61,339 bases of DNA. It comes from Candidatus Omnitrophota bacterium (GTDB lineage Bacteria > Omnitrophota > Gorgyraeia > Zapsychrales > Fredricksoniimonadaceae). Below are positions 57,296 to 61,339 of this stretch, one piece after another; positions within the stretch are counted from its first letter, which is position 1, and each line of letters opens with the position of its first letter. The translations under genes and the position numbers were made by a program. The notes below the pieces were generated by a model. It searched no databases. It was given only the letters and a program-made list of their open reading frames with translations, and was not told where the DNA came from. The DNA lies in NCBI GenBank assembly GCA_903836515.1, contig CAILQW010000061.1, positions 1-61,339 on the forward strand. The letters run 5' to 3'.

Positions 57296-58174
57296 ATGAA
57301 TCGTAGGATCAAGGAAAAGATCATTGAAGGGTTCTTTTTTTTGAACGGGATCATCGTTATCGGTATCCTGGTGGGGATCTTTGTGATCCTTGTCAGGAAT
57401 GCCTGGCCCGCGTTCCATGATGTCAGCATCGGGGACATGATCAGGTGGCCCAACTGGAATCCTGATGCCTATACCACCCCGACCTACGGTGTTTTGCCCA
57501 TGCTTATGAGTACGCTCATGGTGACGCTGGGGTCACTGGCGGTGGCGGTTCCTGTCGGGATCGGCGCGGCCGCGTACCTTTCGGATGTCGCCAGCCCCCG
57601 CGTGCGTGAGATCGCCAAGCCTGTTGTCGAGATACTGGCCGGTATCCCGTCGGTTGTGCTGGGGTTCCTGGGGATTGTCCTGGTGGGTCCTATGATCTGC
57701 AAATTAACGGGAAGATACAATGGCCTCAATGCGGTTAACGGCTCGATCCTTCTGGCCGTGATGGCCTTGCCCACCATCATCAGCCTATCCGAGGACGCTT
57801 TGGGCAGTGTCCCGCGTTCTTATGAGGAAGCTTCCCTGGCTTTGGGTGCCAATAAATGGCAGACCGTGATCAACGTCAAGATCCCGGCCGCGGCATCGGG
57901 GATCCTGGCCGCGTGCATGCTGGGCATGGGGCGGGCTATTGGCGAGACCATGACTGTCCTGATGGCGACGGGGAATGCCGCCGAGTTCCCGGGGAGTTTT
58001 CTGGGGCCGGTTAAGACCATGACCGCCACCATTGCGATCGAACTTGGCGAGGTCGCCTATCACACGACCCATTATTACATGCTCTTCGTGGTCGGGTTGA
58101 TGCTCTTCATTATCACGTTCTTTATCAACCTTGCTGCGGATGTTTTCTTTCACAAGCATACGAGGGCGCACTGA
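57296..58174 (+). CDS. pstC: Phosphate ABC transporter permease
   Basis: YGVLPMLMSTL, VEILAGIPSVVLG, EEASLALGA, GMGRAIGETM. Confidence 0.95.
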   Translation: MNRRIKEKIIEGFFFLNGIIVIGILVGIFVILVRNAWPAFHDVSIGDMIRWPNWNPDAYTTPTYGVLPMLMSTLMVTLGSLAVAVPVGIGAAAYLSDVASPRVREIAKPVVEILAGIPSVVLGFLGIVLVGPMICKLTGRYNGLNAVNGSILLAVMALPTIISLSEDALGSVPRSYEEASLALGANKWQTVINVKIPAAASGILAACMLGMGRAIGETMTVLMATGNAAEFPGSFLGPVKTMTATIAIELGEVAYHTTHYYMLFVVGLMLFIITFFINLAADVFFHKHTRAH

Positions 58175-59043
58175 TGAAGGCCGGCTCGTTGCGTGTCATC
58201 GAATGGTTGGGGTTCATGGCCTTGCGGGCTTGCATGTGTTTCGTGGTGCTCATTCTTGTTGTTGTTTTTTACGATATTATCACTAAGGGAATCGGGATCA
58301 TATCCTGGGAATTCCTGACACAGCCGCCTTTGGACGGGATGACCAAGGGCGGTATTTTTCCGGCGATCATCGGGACACTTTTTGTCACGATCATCGCAGG
58401 CCTTCTGGCTGTTCCGCTGGGCATGGGTTGCGCGATCCATCTTAACGAATATGCCCGTGATAACGGCCTGACGCGGTTCATCCGCATGGCCATTCGCAAC
58501 CTTTCCGGCGTGCCGTCGATCGTTTACGGGCTTTTCGGGGTGGCGTTGTTCGTCGAAGCGGCCCATTTTGGCACATCTATTTTGGCTGCGGGATGCACGC
58601 TGGGATTGATGACACTGCCGGTCACGATCACAGCGAGTGAAGAGGCGTTAAAGACAGTACCGCGTGCTTACCGTGAAGGGGCGCTGGCGCTGGGCGCGAC
58701 CAAGTGGCAGTCGATCTGGGGCAATGTGCTGCCGTACGCGGTGCCCGGAATGCTGACGGGCGCGATTCTGGGAATATCCCGCGCGGCGGGAGAGACAGCG
58801 CCGATCCTGTTCACGGGGGCGGCGTTCTTTTTGCCAGATATACCAAATTCGCTGTTTAGTCAGTTCATGGCCTTGCCGTATCATTTGTATATCATGTCCA
58901 CCCAGCATCATAATATCGTGCTGGTGAGGCCCATCGCCTATGGTACGGCGCTGGTCCTGATCGTCCTGGTCTTTACGTTGAATTTGGCGGCGGTAATGTT
59001 GCGTTATCATTTGAGAAAAAAAGGGATCGCTCATGGACAATAA
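58174..59043 (+). CDS. pstA: Phosphate ABC transporter permease
   Basis: [46 protein letters not shown]. Confidence 0.95.
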   Translation: MKAGSLRVIEWLGFMALRACMCFVVLILVVVFYDIITKGIGIISWEFLTQPPLDGMTKGGIFPAIIGTLFVTIIAGLLAVPLGMGCAIHLNEYARDNGLTRFIRMAIRNLSGVPSIVYGLFGVALFVEAAHFGTSILAAGCTLGLMTLPVTITASEEALKTVPRAYREGALALGATKWQSIWGNVLPYAVPGMLTGAILGISRAAGETAPILFTGAAFFLPDIPNSLFSQFMALPYHLYIMSTQHHNIVLVRPIAYGTALVLIVLVFTLNLAAVMLRYHLRKKGIAHGQ

Positions 59044-59794
59044 GATCAGGATGAAAGCCAGGGATGTTAATTTTTATTATGGGACAGCGCAGATCCTAAA
59101 CGGGATTAACCTGGATATCTTTGCCAACAATGTCACGGCGATCATTGGCCCCTCGGGCTGCGGGAAATCCACGTTCATACGCCTCTTGAATCGCATGCAC
59201 GAACTTGTGCCCAATGCCAGGCTGGAGGGAAGCATCACGCTGGACGGATCTGATATTATGGCGGATGCGGTTGATCCTGTGGAGATCCGGCGGAAAGTGG
59301 GGATGGTCTTTCAGAAACCCAACCCCTTCCCCAAAAGTATTTTCGAGAACATTGCTTACGGGCTTGAGATCAACGGGACCAGGAACAAGCAGTTCATCGA
59401 GGACAAGGTCGTGGAATCGCTCAAGAAGGCGGTGCTCTGGCACGAGGTTGAAAAGAGGCTGCATGACAGCGCCCTGCGACTGTCGGGCGGGCAGCAGCAG
59501 CGGCTGTGCATTGCCCGTTGCCTGGCCATTGAGCCGGAGGTGATCCTTTTTGACGAGCCGTGTGCTTCGCTGGATCCTATATCGACCCACAAGGTTGAGG
59601 AACTGATCCTGGAATTAAAGAAGGTTTATACCATTGTGATCGTGACGCATAACATGCAGCAGGCTGCGCGTGTTTCCGACCATACGGGTTTCTTTTACAT
59701 GGGCAAGCTGGTGGAGTTCGGGCGCACCGAGGACATCTTCACCCGTCCCCGGGAGAAGCGCACCGAGGACTACATCACGGGTCGATTTGGTTAA
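59033..59794 (+). CDS. pstB: Phosphate ABC transporter ATPase
   Basis: [48 protein letters not shown]. Confidence 0.96.
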   Translation: MDNKIRMKARDVNFYYGTAQILNGINLDIFANNVTAIIGPSGCGKSTFIRLLNRMHELVPNARLEGSITLDGSDIMADAVDPVEIRRKVGMVFQKPNPFPKSIFENIAYGLEINGTRNKQFIEDKVVESLKKAVLWHEVEKRLHDSALRLSGGQQQRLCIARCLAIEPEVILFDEPCASLDPISTHKVEELILELKKVYTIVIVTHNMQQAARVSDHTGFFYMGKLVEFGRTEDIFTRPREKRTEDYITGRFG

Positions 59795-59810
59795 AGTTTC
59801 TGTATTACAT

Positions 59811-59837
59811 GTAGGGGCGGGTCTTAGACCCGCCCTA
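59811..59837. repeat. GTAG-type REP-like element
   Basis: GTAG followed by the stem GGGCGGGTCT-T-AGACCCGCCC, between pstB and phoU. Confidence 0.65.
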
Positions 59838-59879
59838 TTGTTCCAATTAGACATTAATTTCAATGCAAGGAGAACGAAG

Positions 59880-60545
59880 ATGGGACGGCATTTCCGTGAG
59901 GAGCTGGAACAACTTAACAGTGATCTTTTGAAAATGGATGCGCTGGCGGAAGAAGCGGTGGCCAAGGCGGTGGCGGCGCTCCGTGACCGCGATCCTGTGG
60001 CCGCACGGGCCGTGATCGACAATGACAGCCGTGTGGATGAGCTTGAGCTTGTGATCGACGAGCGGTGCCTGGACCTTATTGCCCGGTACCAGCCCATGGC
60101 CAGCGACCTTCGGTTCATCACCACAGGGATGCGCCTGAATGGGGAGCTGGAGCGTATTGCGGATATTGCGGTCGATATTGCCGAACGGGTTATTGTGATG
60201 GCCAGGGATCCGTTTGTAAAGCCGCTGGTGGATATCCCGCGCCTGACGGCCGTGGCCCAGAAAATGGTCAAGATGGCCATTGATGCTTTTATCGCGCGTG
60301 ACAGCGAGATCGCCAAGCAGGTGTTATTTCTGGATCCCGAAGCCGATAGCTTGCGGGATGCCATTCATAAGGAGCTCGTCGAAGAGCACATGATGAAGGA
60401 TCCGGCTACGGCGGAGCGTGCGGTCCAGCTTCTGTTGATCGCCCGGTTTCTGGAGCGTGTTTGTGATCACGCCACGTATATTGCCGAAGACGTGATCTAT
60501 ATGATCAAGGCCGAAGTCGTCAAGCACCATCCGGAACGGCTCTGA
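59880..60545 (+). CDS. phoU: Phosphate uptake regulator
   Basis: RBS AAGGAG. IARYQPMASDLR, ELERIADIA, RFLERVCDHATYIAE. Confidence 0.94.
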   Translation: MGRHFREELEQLNSDLLKMDALAEEAVAKAVAALRDRDPVAARAVIDNDSRVDELELVIDERCLDLIARYQPMASDLRFITTGMRLNGELERIADIAVDIAERVIVMARDPFVKPLVDIPRLTAVAQKMVKMAIDAFIARDSEIAKQVLFLDPEADSLRDAIHKELVEEHMMKDPATAERAVQLLLIARFLERVCDHATYIAEDVIYMIKAEVVKHHPERL

Positions 60546-61135
60546 TGGGACGGGTCTGGTTTATCATCGTAGTGGCTGTTGTCATGGCTGTGGTGTTGGC
60601 AGGTGTTTATGGATACCGTTTTTGTCAAGAGCAGCGCCTGACCCGGGAGGATGCATTCCTCAGGATTGAGAAACAGCGTATGGCTCTCGAATTTCTTCAG
60701 AAGGATGTGGAAGGGTTCCATGGGCAGTTCAATGACGCTTTGGCCGCACAGGATAAGAGGCTTATTTCCATTGAATCTGAAACGCGTGAGGTCAGGGATC
60801 TGTTGCCGCAGATGAAGGAGAGTATCGAAAAGATCAAGGCTGTGATCGCGCAGAGCCAGGCGCAAGCCTTTGCCATCAAGGAAGACGCCAAACAATGGCA
60901 AAAGGATTATGTATCTGTTCTGCTGGAGCTCGATGGACGCTTGAATGCCGCTGATACCAGGTTCAAAGCTTTCCAGGAAAGGTTACCTGAAGGGGCTTTG
61001 GAAAAGCTGCGGCAAGAAATGGAATCTTTAAAGGACAGTATCAAGAAGACAGATGCACAGCCCCAGCCACAGGAATCAGAGAAGAAACCTTCATTAGACG
61101 CCGCATTCTCGTCCTTGCCCCGTTATTATCCCTGA
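60545..61135 (+). CDS. Membrane-anchored coiled-coil hypothetical protein
   Basis: TGATG overlap with phoU. N-terminal TM followed by heptad-rich helix. Confidence 0.75.
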   Translation: MGRVWFIIVVAVVMAVVLAGVYGYRFCQEQRLTREDAFLRIEKQRMALEFLQKDVEGFHGQFNDALAAQDKRLISIESETREVRDLLPQMKESIEKIKAVIAQSQAQAFAIKEDAKQWQKDYVSVLLELDGRLNAADTRFKAFQERLPEGALEKLRQEMESLKDSIKKTDAQPQPQESEKKPSLDAAFSSLPRYYP

Positions 61136-61339
61136 TCACACGGCTTCCCAGCCTCCGTTGACGTGTACCCACGTATATAGCAATTTTAATAAATATATTT
61201 TATCCCGCATTTTGCAATAGGCACAGAGGAACGCGGGATAACCCCGGCTTTTCTGGACGAGAAAAGATATGGAAGCCGACGATTTTGCATCCGCATCATT
61301 TTGTGCGCAGGGACACGTCGATAAAATTGGCGCAATGCC

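Noticed and set aside
61200-61241. TTATCCCGC/GCGGGATAA hairpin as a riboswitch
   Set aside because: 9-bp stem only, no T-tract and no match to aptamers I know. The downstream gene is cut off by the window edge.

Overview
Chromosomal segment of a GC-rich diderm bacterium (lpxB, outer-membrane porin). Candidatus Omnitrophota is likely, inferred from the style of the giant proteins and not verified. (1) 1-25.1 kb is one tightly packed + strand run. It opens with a 5'-truncated giant protein carrying 145 perfectly phased 13-aa G-[VI]-N-W-x-D repeats and a membrane-anchored exported protein with a 167-aa internal duplication. Next is a rearranged F-type ATPase cluster (alpha, short epsilon, c, a second Glu-less c-like subunit, b-delta fusion, gamma, beta) with no subunit a. 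It runs directly into a T2SS/pseudopilus cluster (E,F,G,I,J,K,L,M,TPR; no secretin here), then wecB and a GT2/GT-C pair. (2) 25.1-31.5 kb holds a PIN TA islet, tRNA-Ala(CGC) and a convergent GT-C/GT2/STT3-type oligosaccharyltransferase arm with WWAPG in place of WWDxG. (3) 31.6-40.7 kb holds a PIF1 helicase, a double-receiver protein, lpxB with a Gfo/Idh/MocA gene, a DUF134-acr3-arsC cassette bracketed by structured palindromic repeats, and phoBR. (4) 40.7-54.4 kb is accessory DNA: a DUF559 remnant, a RelE TA pair, an SNF2+SWIM pair, an orphan GGIDL fragment and a 2783-aa mosaic giant protein. (5) 54.4-61.3 kb holds a Pho-box-preceded porin and pstSCAB-phoU, with an orphan Cys-rich RiPP-like precursor between pstS and pstC. 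The best candidate for an undescribed system is the giant repeat protein + a-less F-ATPase + pseudopilus + glycosylation locus. All family calls come from motif recognition by eye; no searches were run.
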